Source of the DNA: a virus
Strand: one strand, 5' to 3'
Virus record (IMG/VR): IMGVR_UViG_3300042349_000876
Span: 6,588 to 70,587 of that record
DNA: 64,000 nt
The position numbers were made by a program, and so were the translations under genes. The notes beneath the pieces are model-generated. The model worked only from the letters and a program-made list of their open reading frames with translations. It was not told the DNA's origin and did not search any database. Positions 21,140 to 30,403 of the stretch are shown one piece after another (the first letter of the stretch is position 1; each line of letters begins with the position of its first letter).

Positions 21140-21733
21140 ATGGCTGATCTCGACCTTCTGAAAACCGCAATCAAGGGCGACGCCCGCTCTATCACTAAAA
21201 TTGTAGTTCAATACACCCCCCTTGTTAATAAACTCGTCAACAAGTACGCTTGGATGGCACCTTCTCATAGCAGGGAAGATCTCGTGCAAGAGGGACTGTT
21301 GGGTGTAGTCAAAGCGATTGAAACTTTTGACGTCGAGCGTGGATGCAAATTCATGACTTGGGTTTACCCCCAAGTAAGAGGTGCTGTTCAGGGAGTGGCA
21401 AGAAAGCACAATAAAACTCCCAAATATATGCTCTCTCTGGAACAAAGCGACTGGGCTAAAAATTTGGAAGATACGGCAACTTACGAAGTCGAAGACGACT
21501 TTATCTCAGAAAAAATTCACGACCTGGTGGTTAGCGGTTGTGGCTCAGTTAGCAGTAAAAGAGCAAAAATTGTTTGTGACAGGTTCGGGCTTCTCGGTCA
21601 AAAACCTCTCAGGCAGGGGGAGGTGGCCAAAAAATATGGCATGACCAAGCAAGCAGTGCAATCTCATATTTCTAGGTTCTCTAAAATCATTCGTGAAAAA
21701 CACCCTGAACTGGCTCAATTTGTAAAAAACTGA
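21140..21733 (+). CDS. Phage RNA polymerase sigma factor (regions 2 and 4)
   Basis: EDLVQEGLLGVVKAIETFDVERGCKFMTW; RFGL...EVAKKYGMTKQAV helix-turn-helix. Confidence 0.9.
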   Translation: MADLDLLKTAIKGDARSITKIVVQYTPLVNKLVNKYAWMAPSHSREDLVQEGLLGVVKAIETFDVERGCKFMTWVYPQVRGAVQGVARKHNKTPKYMLSLEQSDWAKNLEDTATYEVEDDFISEKIHDLVVSGCGSVSSKRAKIVCDRFGLLGQKPLRQGEVAKKYGMTKQAVQSHISRFSKIIREKHPELAQFVKN

Positions 21734-21734
21734 A

Positions 21735-22079
21735 ATGAAAGTCTACAAAATTTACGACGATGATTGCGACATTTGCAAACACATGTCTAAACATGACCGA
21801 TCCACTTTTGAAGGGTTTCCAGGTTTAAAGTTCGAAGAAGTAGACTTGAATGAGGTTGTTCAACCAAATACAAGTAGTAGACCCATCACAATGACTCAAC
21901 TTTACCGGTGTGTGGAGACACATGCTCTGAACCCAGACTATACTATTGACCTGCCAGTGTATGTTTTTCTAAGTAATACAGGGTCTTTTGAGGGTCATCT
22001 TCAAGGTGCATTAACTGTTCAAGAACTGAAGGAAAGGGTAAAAAATATATTCAGTAAAACAACCCCGGAGGGTTCGTGA
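21735..22079 (+). CDS. Thioredoxin-like protein
   Basis: CDIC near N-terminus, LPVYVF. Confidence 0.65.
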   Translation: MKVYKIYDDDCDICKHMSKHDRSTFEGFPGLKFEEVDLNEVVQPNTSSRPITMTQLYRCVETHALNPDYTIDLPVYVFLSNTGSFEGHLQGALTVQELKERVKNIFSKTTPEGS

Positions 22080-22080
22080 G

Positions 22081-22407
22081 TTGGGTAATCACATTCTGCT
22101 TTCCTTGTATGGAGTCCCCTTTTCAGACCTAAACAATCTGCAAAAAATTCTAGAAATTTTTGAGAAATCTGTTTCAGTCTTGAATTGCACCGTATTGAAT
22201 AGATTTTCTCATCAATTTGAACCGCAAGGAGTAACAGTAGTGTATGCCTTGGCTGAGTCTCATATCAGTATTCACACCTTTCCTGAATCCCAGTCCTGCG
22301 CTTTAGATATCTATACGTGCGGGGACATGGATTGTCGCAAGGGGATGGAGATTTTCATAGAAAATCTTAAACCGATAGAATATGACTTTAAAGAGGTTAA
22401 AAGATGA
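22081..22407 (+). CDS. speD: S-adenosylmethionine decarboxylase
   Basis: HQFEPQGVT...LAESHISIHTFPE...DIYTCG. Confidence 0.9.
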   Translation: MGNHILLSLYGVPFSDLNNLQKILEIFEKSVSVLNCTVLNRFSHQFEPQGVTVVYALAESHISIHTFPESQSCALDIYTCGDMDCRKGMEIFIENLKPIEYDFKEVKR

Positions 22408-22532
22408 AGAAAAAGAAGCTGGTTAAGCAGGCTATTCAAGAGCCACAGAAATACTCATCTGCAGAAATTGCGTTTTTCGAACGCTGGTTGCAAGAAAAGA
22501 AATCCAAGAAAGAGCAAAACCTAAAGAAATAG
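22404..22532 (+). CDS. Small basic hypothetical protein
   Basis: MKKKKLVKQAIQEPQKYSSAEIAFF..., ATGA coupling; below ORF-track cutoff. Confidence 0.45.
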   Translation: MKKKKLVKQAIQEPQKYSSAEIAFFERWLQEKKSKKEQNLKK

Positions 22533-22582
22533 TTTACGAAAAGTTACAACAACTATACTAGCAGTGACTATGCACTATACTA

Positions 22583-22783
22583 ATGACAGTCACTACGAAT
22601 GAGCGCGGACAACAAAATATGTTCGCTAAAGAGCCCAAGATGTATGTAGACCCTAACAAGGATTTCTCTGTGACTCACAACGAAAAAGCTGAAAAACTGA
22701 ACGGACGCCTGGCAATGCTTGGCGTTATGGCTGCTCTTGGTGCTTATGCTGTGACGGGTCAAATCATTCCTGGCATCTGGTGA
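22583..22783 (+). CDS. hli: High-light inducible protein
   Basis: AEKLNGRLAMLG...TGQIIPGIW. Confidence 0.95.
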   Translation: MTVTTNERGQQNMFAKEPKMYVDPNKDFSVTHNEKAEKLNGRLAMLGVMAALGAYAVTGQIIPGIW

Positions 22784-22837
22784 TGGTAGCCACCATCTTC
22801 ACGGTGACCGCTATCACCTTCTTTGTGCTTCTTGCAC

Positions 22838-23083
22838 ATGCAACCCATGAACTCGGACGAACCTACATTAAATGAAATGTGGTGGCCTTCTCCCGAAACC
22901 CTCCAAGACCTACAGGTTGAAGATTGGGATGAAGGTTTCACTCTTTTGGCTCCTGAGGGCACTGCCTGTGCAGAGTGGCTGAACTTCTGGAGTCAGTCCG
23001 AAGAGCACAAACAAATCTTCAGCAAGGCATTTGAAGAAATGCTTCGTATTTACCTTAAAACCTTAGATAACCAACATGGCTAA
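22838..23083 (+). CDS. Hypothetical protein
   Basis: Acidic ORF; start uncertain. Confidence 0.45.
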   Translation: MQPMNSDEPTLNEMWWPSPETLQDLQVEDWDEGFTLLAPEGTACAEWLNFWSQSEEHKQIFSKAFEEMLRIYLKTLDNQHG

Positions 23084-23222
23084 AGTAAAGTCCAGTTTGA
23101 CAGGCAAAACAATTATCGAGTCAAAACCAAAGAAAAGTGCTCAAGGGTGTTCTCGCAATACCAATTTGGCAGCCACCCCCACTCGTGCTCGTCAAAAAAG
23201 GTACCGGGGTCAAGGAAGGTGA
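23076..23222 (+). CDS. Small basic protein ending RYRGQGR
   Basis: 48 aa read manually; YRGQG ending recalled from small phage proteins. Confidence 0.6.
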   Translation: MAKVKSSLTGKTIIESKPKKSAQGCSRNTNLAATPTRARQKRYRGQGR

Positions 23223-23422
23223 TTACTTTTCTAACATTTCTGGGGGCTTCGGCCCTCGGAACTTTTTTCGGAAATTGGGCCATCTTTTGGATGATCGGTC
23301 GAATGGCCAAAAGAGCAGAAATGCTCCAGATTCGTGAGATGGAAAGAGTACGTGCAGAGTATGCTGCCCGCATGAAGCGCGAAACAGAGCGCATGGAAAA
23401 ATACGCCAAATTAGAAAGTTAA
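23219..23422 (+). CDS. Small membrane-anchored coiled-coil protein
   Basis: GTGA coupling; hydrophobic N-terminus then charged helix. Confidence 0.45.
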   Translation: MITFLTFLGASALGTFFGNWAIFWMIGRMAKRAEMLQIREMERVRAEYAARMKRETERMEKYAKLES

Positions 23423-23476
23423 ACAGTTTACCTACTGTTTTCGAAAGTATATTAAACTCACCTGTTCCAAACCACC

Positions 23477-24079
23477 GTGAACATTTTCGCTGTAAACGAC
23501 GACCCCAGGCTTGCCGCCCGCGACTTGCCTGATAAACTCATCGTAAAAATGCCTACAGAGTCACTTCAATTGTTGACTCCGTGGGCCTTTAACATCCATG
23601 GCGTTTACATTCAAAAACCAGACGGAACTAACTACGGTACTAAAGGATTTGCCCATCACCCTTGCGCTAAGTGGTTGTACGAAAGTCCTTGTAATGTTTT
23701 CTGGTTGTTAGACCATGCCTACGAAATGGTAGATGAATACGCTAGGCGGTATGAAAAAACCCATGGTGTAAGTTACGGGCTAGAACAGATTAACAACCTT
23801 CTTGAGGCAAATTACGAGTACGGTTGGGCTAAATGGTTCGACCACACTGAGTTCGTTCAAGCAATGCCTGAAGAGTTTAAGATTCCCGGTGACCCTGTCA
23901 CTGCTTACCGTAACTACATCAACGGCTATAAAGGGTACGCCGAATGGCGTTACAGCGAAAAACCCGACTGGTGGGACGAAGCAAAACACGAACCCATCCG
24001 CAAACAATATCTCGCTCAGCGAGAAGAAAAACGTATGAACAAACGGAATGTCAATTCGAGAGTACCGGCAACCCTATAA
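23477..24079 (+). CDS. Pyrimidine-dimer DNA glycosylase/endonuclease V-like protein
   Basis: MNIF...DK.IVKM..E..QLL...HPC.KW...QAMP...DPVTAYRNY. Confidence 0.75.
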   Translation: MNIFAVNDDPRLAARDLPDKLIVKMPTESLQLLTPWAFNIHGVYIQKPDGTNYGTKGFAHHPCAKWLYESPCNVFWLLDHAYEMVDEYARRYEKTHGVSYGLEQINNLLEANYEYGWAKWFDHTEFVQAMPEEFKIPGDPVTAYRNYINGYKGYAEWRYSEKPDWWDEAKHEPIRKQYLAQREEKRMNKRNVNSRVPATL

Positions 24080-25022
24080 AATTAACGGGGAGTTTGAATT
24101 CCCAGAATTTTTTGATTATTACCAGAAAGCGCTGTCTTCTGTATGGAGACCCCAAGAAGTTTCTTTTGAAAGCGACATTCGTGATTGGCAAAACTCAACC
24201 CAAGACGAACGTGAAATTATTGGGGGAATTCTCCGTGGGTTTACCCAGTTTGAATGCCACGTTAGTGATTACTGGGCTTCAATTCCGAATTGGTTTCCTA
24301 AGCATGAAATTGCAGCCGTGGCTCGAGCTTTTAGCCTGAATGAGATTGTTCACGCTGAGGCTTACAATCTTTTGTCCGACACCTTAGGGTTGGATGAATT
24401 TGAGGCGTTCCTTGGAGACCCCGTTGCTCAAACTAAGATTAACCATTTTTTGAACGAACGGGGAGTTAAAGAGTCACTTGCGGTGTTTAGCGGGGCCGGA
24501 GAGGGTGTTTCTCTTTTTAGTTCTTTCGCTGTTTTGCTTTCGTTAAACCTTACTGGCCGTTTCAAGGGCATCGCTCAAATCATCAGTTGGAGCGCACTGG
24601 ATGAACAACAACATTCAGACACAGGCATCAAATTGTTTAGGAACCTGATCGCTGAAGACCCTCTAACTATGGAGGAAACTCGCGGCATTGTTCAAGGTTT
24701 CGATACGGTGCTGGAAAATGAGTTTGCCTTTTTGGACAAAATTTTCGAAGGTCGGACACTGAGCACGATCAACAAGGACGATGTTCATGAATATATACTT
24801 TACAGAGCGAACGAACGTCTGAAGCGCCTAGGCATTCAGAAAACGTTCCTTTACGATGAATCTGCTGCTGGGCGTATTAAAGAATGGTTCCACCCTCTTA
24901 TGAAGGGAGCCACAAGTACAGACTTTTTTGCCCAAAAAGCTGACGGAGCTAACTATATCAGTCGACCGACCCAAGACTTTATGGGTGTTAACCTTCAGAC
25001 TCTAGACCTTGTCCTTGTATGA
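24048..25022 (+). CDS. nrdB: Ribonucleotide reductase class Ia beta subunit
   Basis: W.PQEV, EIVHAEAY, EGVSLFSSF, DEQQH, DFF. Confidence 0.95.
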   Translation: MSIREYRQPYKINGEFEFPEFFDYYQKALSSVWRPQEVSFESDIRDWQNSTQDEREIIGGILRGFTQFECHVSDYWASIPNWFPKHEIAAVARAFSLNEIVHAEAYNLLSDTLGLDEFEAFLGDPVAQTKINHFLNERGVKESLAVFSGAGEGVSLFSSFAVLLSLNLTGRFKGIAQIISWSALDEQQHSDTGIKLFRNLIAEDPLTMEETRGIVQGFDTVLENEFAFLDKIFEGRTLSTINKDDVHEYILYRANERLKRLGIQKTFLYDESAAGRIKEWFHPLMKGATSTDFFAQKADGANYISRPTQDFMGVNLQTLDLVLV

Positions 25023-26923
25023 AAATTGCTCCCGAATGGCTCTCTGAGGAGGGCATGCACACACTATCGGCAGGTTACCTGCTACCGGGCGAAACTCCAC
25101 GAGCAATGTTCGAAAGGGTTGCAAAAGCAGCTACAACAATTAATGAAGACCCTACACTCTTTGACGATCTCTTTACTTGCCTTTGGAACGGGTGGATTGG
25201 TCTCGCTAGTCCCGTTGCTGCTAACTTCGGGACTTCACGGGCCCTCCCGATCTCTTGCTATAGCGTTCATCTCAGCGATAGTGTTAGCAGTATTTATTCG
25301 CATCTTAAAGAAGTCGCACAACTAAGTAAAAATGGAGGAGGAGTCGGGGTATACATGGGAGACGTTCGTCCCGCTGGCGCTCCTATCTCTGGGGGAGGAA
25401 AATCAACAGGCATCGTACCGTGGGCACAGCAGTACGACCTCGCCGCCAGGGTTGTCTCACAGGGGGGAGTCCGCAGGGGGTCCTTCGCCGTTTATCTACC
25501 CATCGATCATCCCGACGTTCCTGAGCTCTTACGTGCAAAAGACCATAGCAAGGGAGACCCGAGAAAATTTATTGACTCGAATGTGGCGCTCACTATTACA
25601 GATGAGTGGATTGAGTCGATGATTGCTGGAGATTCACACAAACAAGAACTTTTTGGCGAGGTCCTGAAAACTCGGATGGTTTCTGGTTCCCCTTACTTGG
25701 TGTTTATTGACAACGCTAACCGTCAAAATCCGGAGTGCTATAAAGAACGAGGTCTTTCAGTCAAGACATCAAATCTTTGCTCAGAAATTTTTCTTCACAC
25801 TGACGAGCACCACTCGTTCGTTTGCGTCTTGAGTAGCCTCAATCTTAGCAAATACGATGAATTTAGTAATTGGAAATCATCGGTTACAGGTCGCACAGTG
25901 CCTGAAATTGCCGTCCATTTACTAGACGCTGTTGTTAGTGAATTCATCCGCAAAGGTGAGCACAAAGTTGGCCTCGGCCGCTCGGTGCGTTTTGCAGAAA
26001 AAAGTCGGGCATTGGGGCTCGGCACCATGGGTTTACATACTCTCTATCAGAAACGTGGATTACCTTTTGCTTCGTCAGGCGCTCGCAAACTCAACATCGA
26101 AACACATCGGTGGGTTCGAGAAAGAGCAGAAATTGCCTCACGAGAATTGGCCATCAAGTTTGGGGAACCCGAATGGTGCATGGGCAGTGGGATGCGTCAT
26201 ACTCATCTTCTCGCTATTGCTCCTACTCGGACTAATTCAGTCATTAGTGGCGCGTTTAGTCAAGGTATTGAACCTATTGACAGCAACTATTTTGTCGCTA
26301 AACAAGCCAAAGGGTCTTACGTTAGAAAAAACCCTGTTTTAGAGAAATTGCTGTGTGATCGTGGAATCAACAACGAGATTTGGGAACACATTCTTGAAGC
26401 AAAAGGTAGCGTCCAAGATCTTGAGTGCCTAACCTCGCAGGAAAAAGAAATCTTTAAAACAGCCCGTGAAGTTGATCAATTTGAATTAATTAAACAAGCT
26501 GCTGACCGACAACCGTTTATATGTCAAGGGCAATCGCTAAACTTATTTGTAGACCCCGAGTCTGACCCTGCCTACATTATGAGGCTTCACTTATCTGCGT
26601 GGAAGATGGGCCTTAAATCTCTTTACTATTTAAAGTCTTCGTCACTTTTAACTAAAAAGCGTAACAATGGAGCGCAGGTTGTAACAAAAACTGACTGCCC
26701 TTGGTGCGTAAAACTAAAAGAACTTCTCCGAACAGAAGGGGTTTCTTTTACCGAGTTGACCAAAGAGGAAGCGGTTCAACGCAACCTGTGGCAAGAAGAG
26801 TTTAAGACCGTACCTCAGTTGTGGATAGATGGAAGACATATTGGCGGGTACAGTGATTATGTCAAACTAAAAAATCAATCAACAGAGTTCACTTATGCCG
26901 ATTGCTTGTCCTGCGAAGCCTAA
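25019..26923 (+). CDS. nrdA: Ribonucleotide reductase class Ia alpha subunit with embedded glutaredoxin domain
   Basis: PISC, SNLCSEI, AIAPT, KSLYY, then CPWC...TVPQLW..G.HIGGY, then CLSCEA. Confidence 0.95.
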   Translation: MKIAPEWLSEEGMHTLSAGYLLPGETPRAMFERVAKAATTINEDPTLFDDLFTCLWNGWIGLASPVAANFGTSRALPISCYSVHLSDSVSSIYSHLKEVAQLSKNGGGVGVYMGDVRPAGAPISGGGKSTGIVPWAQQYDLAARVVSQGGVRRGSFAVYLPIDHPDVPELLRAKDHSKGDPRKFIDSNVALTITDEWIESMIAGDSHKQELFGEVLKTRMVSGSPYLVFIDNANRQNPECYKERGLSVKTSNLCSEIFLHTDEHHSFVCVLSSLNLSKYDEFSNWKSSVTGRTVPEIAVHLLDAVVSEFIRKGEHKVGLGRSVRFAEKSRALGLGTMGLHTLYQKRGLPFASSGARKLNIETHRWVRERAEIASRELAIKFGEPEWCMGSGMRHTHLLAIAPTRTNSVISGAFSQGIEPIDSNYFVAKQAKGSYVRKNPVLEKLLCDRGINNEIWEHILEAKGSVQDLECLTSQEKEIFKTAREVDQFELIKQAADRQPFICQGQSLNLFVDPESDPAYIMRLHLSAWKMGLKSLYYLKSSSLLTKKRNNGAQVVTKTDCPWCVKLKELLRTEGVSFTELTKEEAVQRNLWQEEFKTVPQLWIDGRHIGGYSDYVKLKNQSTEFTYADCLSCEA

Positions 26924-26927
26924 AACC

Positions 26928-27599
26928 ATGGCCAAAACTCGCTTAAAACGCTACCCCCAATTAACTAAAGAGCAGCAAGAGTTAGTTGCCGAACATAAAT
27001 GGATTGCAGGTAGATTAGCCTACGGGGCTAAGTGTTTGACCGGGGGGCAAACAGGTTCTTTGACTCGCGAGGACTTGGAATCCATAGCCAATTTTGCATT
27101 GTGTGTAGCAGCAACCCGCTATAACACAACCATGAATGTAAAGTACAGCACTTATGCTTGGAATACAGCCAGGGGGTACATTCAACACGCTTTGAGAGAT
27201 TACTCGAGAATGGTTCGTGCCCCTCGCTGGACAACTAACTATAAAAATGAGGTACTAGAGTTACTTAACCAGGGTCGAACTTATAAAGAAATTGCGGAAA
27301 TTCTGAACATAACAGACACAAAAGCACTCTTATGTGAGATGTCGGTAAATAACTACCATGTGTCTTACGATTCCCGCCCTGAGGATTGGTCTACCCCTGA
27401 ATTTGTCTACGAGGTGGATGAAGCAAAAGCTACTTTACTTTCAAGCGAATTAAAAGAAACCATCAAAAATTTGTCCGACGTAGAAATTTCTATGCTAATG
27501 AAACATGTAGACGAAGTTGAAATGTCTGAGGAAGAAAAAGAATGGGCCAGTGAAAAATTTCTCGAACTGCAGAATATAGCTCATGGAAATTCCTTTTGA
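26928..27599 (+). CDS. Second, divergent phage sigma factor
   Basis: EDLESIA..ALC.AA.RY......YSTYA....RGYI.HALRD...MVR.PR (regions 2-3); region 4 looks degenerate. Confidence 0.8.
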   Translation: MAKTRLKRYPQLTKEQQELVAEHKWIAGRLAYGAKCLTGGQTGSLTREDLESIANFALCVAATRYNTTMNVKYSTYAWNTARGYIQHALRDYSRMVRAPRWTTNYKNEVLELLNQGRTYKEIAEILNITDTKALLCEMSVNNYHVSYDSRPEDWSTPEFVYEVDEAKATLLSSELKETIKNLSDVEISMLMKHVDEVEMSEEEKEWASEKFLELQNIAHGNSF

Positions 27600-27771
27600 A
27601 ATGCCACCCCTTCCCTTAGAGAAGGAGTTTCAAGTCACTAGCGTTCGGCAACGCCTAAAAGAACTAAGCCGCGAGGAGCTTGAAATGCTCCTCGGAGAAT
27701 CTTTGGATTTGGTGACCCGGTTAGCACACCAGCTAAGGGAGCTGAGAGACTACATTGAGGGTAAAAAATAA
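27583..27771 (+). CDS. nblA: NblA-like phycobilisome degradation adaptor
   Basis: LPLEKEFQV...LKELSREELEMLL matches NblA L.LEQ.F...MSRE pattern; 62 aa. Confidence 0.6.
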   Translation: MEIPFEMPPLPLEKEFQVTSVRQRLKELSREELEMLLGESLDLVTRLAHQLRELRDYIEGKK

Positions 27772-27791
27772 TAACTCAATATAGTAATAAT

Positions 27792-28295
27792 ATGCCTGTA
27801 GACAAGTCCAGCAAAGACTGCGTGGGTCAAGAAATGCGGAGATTTAAGTCGGGAGACTTACACTCCGGAACAGGCAAAAAAGGCAAAAAAGGTGGCTTAG
27901 TCAAAGACCGTAAACAAGCTATTGCGATAGCCTTAAGCGTATGTGGCAAAAGCAAAAAAGAATACTCAGAAAGAATTCAATCTTTGGGTTACACTGAAGA
28001 AACAGCTGAGACAATTACAAATTTATTGTACGGAGAGACAAACTGGAACGACCAATTTAAAACCGGGAAGACAGGACCCACAGAAAAAGGTAATTTCTCC
28101 CCTCCAAACGAATTAGATGTCGAAGCTACATTAACAGGGGCAGGCGGTAAACGCTCTTCTAAAATCCCTAGTTACATGAAGACTTCAGGAGAAGAAGGAC
28201 AAAGGTCAATCTCAGGACCAGCCTTAGAAAGAGGACCTGGAAACCCACAAGGCGGATCCAGCAAAGAGGTGCAAGGTTTACGCATGTTAGGGTGA
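27792..28295 (+). CDS. DUF6496-like basic protein
   Basis: M..FK.G.LHSG...V..RKQAIAIALS. Confidence 0.6.
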   Translation: MPVDKSSKDCVGQEMRRFKSGDLHSGTGKKGKKGGLVKDRKQAIAIALSVCGKSKKEYSERIQSLGYTEETAETITNLLYGETNWNDQFKTGKTGPTEKGNFSPPNELDVEATLTGAGGKRSSKIPSYMKTSGEEGQRSISGPALERGPGNPQGGSSKEVQGLRMLG

Positions 28296-28360
28296 GGGTA
28301 AAATAGCGTTGAGGTTAATCCCTCATTCTCACATTTTGCTATTTAGCCCTGAGAACTACC

Positions 28361-28720
28361 ATGACTAACATTGTTCGTAGCCCCATTTTCAGCGAGTTTG
28401 CACAACTGGTGAACGCTCTTGAAATGCCTCTTGCTCAATCGAACTCTCGGAACAACCTAAACTACCGTATTCGTACGGAAGAAGACGCGGCAATCGCCGA
28501 AGTGGAAGTCCCTGGAGTAGCTCCTGCGGACCTAAAAGTTCGAAGCGAAGGCAGAAGCCTCACAGTTGAGACTCCTCGCGGTTCCGCATATTTCACAATC
28601 GGGCAGAGAATTGATGCTGATAACATCAACGCCGATCTGAAACTCGGTTTGCTTACCATTCGCATTCCGAAACGCGACGCTAAAGTCGTCGAAGTAAATG
28701 TACATGTTGAGGAATCATGA
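28361..28720 (+). CDS. Small heat-shock protein (Hsp20)
   Basis: EVPGV...L.V...I.A.L..GLLTIRIPK alpha-crystallin pattern. Confidence 0.85.
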   Translation: MTNIVRSPIFSEFAQLVNALEMPLAQSNSRNNLNYRIRTEEDAAIAEVEVPGVAPADLKVRSEGRSLTVETPRGSAYFTIGQRIDADNINADLKLGLLTIRIPKRDAKVVEVNVHVEES

Positions 28721-28950
28721 ATCCTGACGAAATCAAACAGAAGTATGCCACTCTTGGCGGATCAGGTACCGACTTTGTCAAGTTTATCGAGGAAGTCATT
28801 GAGCCCCTTGGTAAAGACATTGACGTTGTCGAGCAAGACCTCAAAGAGACTGCAGCTTTGCTGCAACGTCTGCTGAACGACCTTAAGCCTATCCTGGGTT
28901 TTCTCTCGTTCTTTGGTCGCCTTTGGCCCTTTAAGAAAAAGGCCAGTTGA
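28717..28950 (+). CDS. Small coiled-coil protein with amphipathic C-terminus
   Basis: Paralog of next ORF; precedes endolysin. Confidence 0.5.
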   Translation: MNPDEIKQKYATLGGSGTDFVKFIEEVIEPLGKDIDVVEQDLKETAALLQRLLNDLKPILGFLSFFGRLWPFKKKAS

Positions 28951-29166
28951 ATGACAACCGAGGATTTAATGAGAGCTCTTGGGTTAACCCCAGGTGAATA
29001 TCTGGCTCAAGAGCTCGAGAAAGCAATCTCCCCGGTTACAACCCGTGTGGATGCAGTAGAGAAAGACTTGAAAAGCCTAATTATTGCGGTTCAACGTGTG
29101 GAATCTCTGCTTATTCAACTTCAGCCTTTGGTTCGGTTAATTAACAAAATCCCGTTCCTTAAATAG
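28951..29166 (+). CDS. Small coiled-coil protein with amphipathic C-terminus
   Basis: D.VE.DLK...QR....L.P shared with previous ORF. Confidence 0.5.
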   Translation: MTTEDLMRALGLTPGEYLAQELEKAISPVTTRVDAVEKDLKSLIIAVQRVESLLIQLQPLVRLINKIPFLK

Positions 29167-29172
29167 TTTCGT

Positions 29173-29198
29173 GGGGGACCTTCGGGTCCCTCTTTTTA
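29173..29198 (+). terminator. Rho-independent terminator
   Basis: GGGGGACC-TTCG-GGTCCCTC then T run. Confidence 0.75.
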
Positions 29199-29200
29199 TT

Positions 29201-30400
29201 ATGGTAACAAACTGGGATAACGTATTCACAGCGGCCAAAAACGCTGGAGCAAAATTTCCGGAGCTAGTTGCTGCTCAGTGGGCATTAGAATCTGCCTACG
29301 GTAAGTCGACGAGCGGCAAGAACAATTTTTTCGGAATCAAGGGCAAAGGAACGAAATGCCCGACTCAGGAAGTCTATAACGGGAAGACCGTAAATATAGT
29401 AGCAGAATTTCAAGATTTTGCGACGCCAGAGGAATGCATAAAGTGGCTGGTTGACCGCTGGTACAAAGACTACAAAGGGTACAAAGGTGTAAATAATAAC
29501 GCAACGGTGGAGTTAGCAGCAAAAGACCTTGTCAAGCAAGGGTATGCCACCGATCCTAATTATGCCGAAAAACTTCTCAAAATCACTAAAGAGCATAATA
29601 CACCTGTTCCAGCTCCTCAACCTGTTGCCCCGGTAGAGCCACAACCGCACGACCAACCAATCAGCAATTCACCAATAACTGCAGAAAAGTTTGTAGATTT
29701 CTTCAAATTTTTTGATCCAAATAATTCGAACCACGTGAAAGCAGTTAAACTGCTGCACTCTCGCCTGCCGGAGGACTGTAAGCTAGCGGAGTCAGAATGG
29801 GTGGTTCAATTTAGGTCTAAAATTCCTCAACCTGACAAACCTTCGGGCATCTTGGAGGTGCCTTATTTCTCTCAGCGGAAAAATTTCCGTGACCAGGAGA
29901 GAACTTGTTTCGCCACTTGTTGTGCCATGTTGGTTGAGTATTTCCGCCCCGGAACACTCAAGGCAACCCACGGAAAGCAAGGCGATGATTCCTACCTCGA
30001 TTACTTATTCTCAATCGGCGACACTACAGATTCCGTTGTTGAAGTTCGCACACTGGCACACTTCGGAGTAAAGAGCCGATTTGTAACAAACGGTACTTTC
30101 GCAATGATTGACGCCCAACTCGCGAAACGTATACCCGTGCCAGTGGGAATACTTCACCATGGAACACCCTCCAAACCTTCCGGCGGGCACTGGATTGTGG
30201 TGATTGGAAAAATCATGGACTCAAAAGCTCCCGGAGGTTGTTGGTACGTTGTTAATGACCCTTACGGTGAAATCAACCACGCCAACGGTACCTACACCAA
30301 TGTCGACGGCAAAGGTAAAAACTATAGTAAAAACGTTCTCGTCTCTCGGTGGGCAATTGAAGGCGACGGGAGCGGCTGGGCCATAGTAGCAGAGAGGTGA
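29201..30400 (+). CDS. Endolysin: GH73 glucosaminidase plus C39-like peptidase
   Basis: AQWALES, NNFFGIK, YATDPNY; VPYFSQ...C...GHWIV...DPYG. Confidence 0.85.
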   Translation: MVTNWDNVFTAAKNAGAKFPELVAAQWALESAYGKSTSGKNNFFGIKGKGTKCPTQEVYNGKTVNIVAEFQDFATPEECIKWLVDRWYKDYKGYKGVNNNATVELAAKDLVKQGYATDPNYAEKLLKITKEHNTPVPAPQPVAPVEPQPHDQPISNSPITAEKFVDFFKFFDPNNSNHVKAVKLLHSRLPEDCKLAESEWVVQFRSKIPQPDKPSGILEVPYFSQRKNFRDQERTCFATCCAMLVEYFRPGTLKATHGKQGDDSYLDYLFSIGDTTDSVVEVRTLAHFGVKSRFVTNGTFAMIDAQLAKRIPVPVGILHHGTPSKPSGGHWIVVIGKIMDSKAPGGCWYVVNDPYGEINHANGTYTNVDGKGKNYSKNVLVSRWAIEGDGSGWAIVAER

Positions 30401-30403
30401 CCC

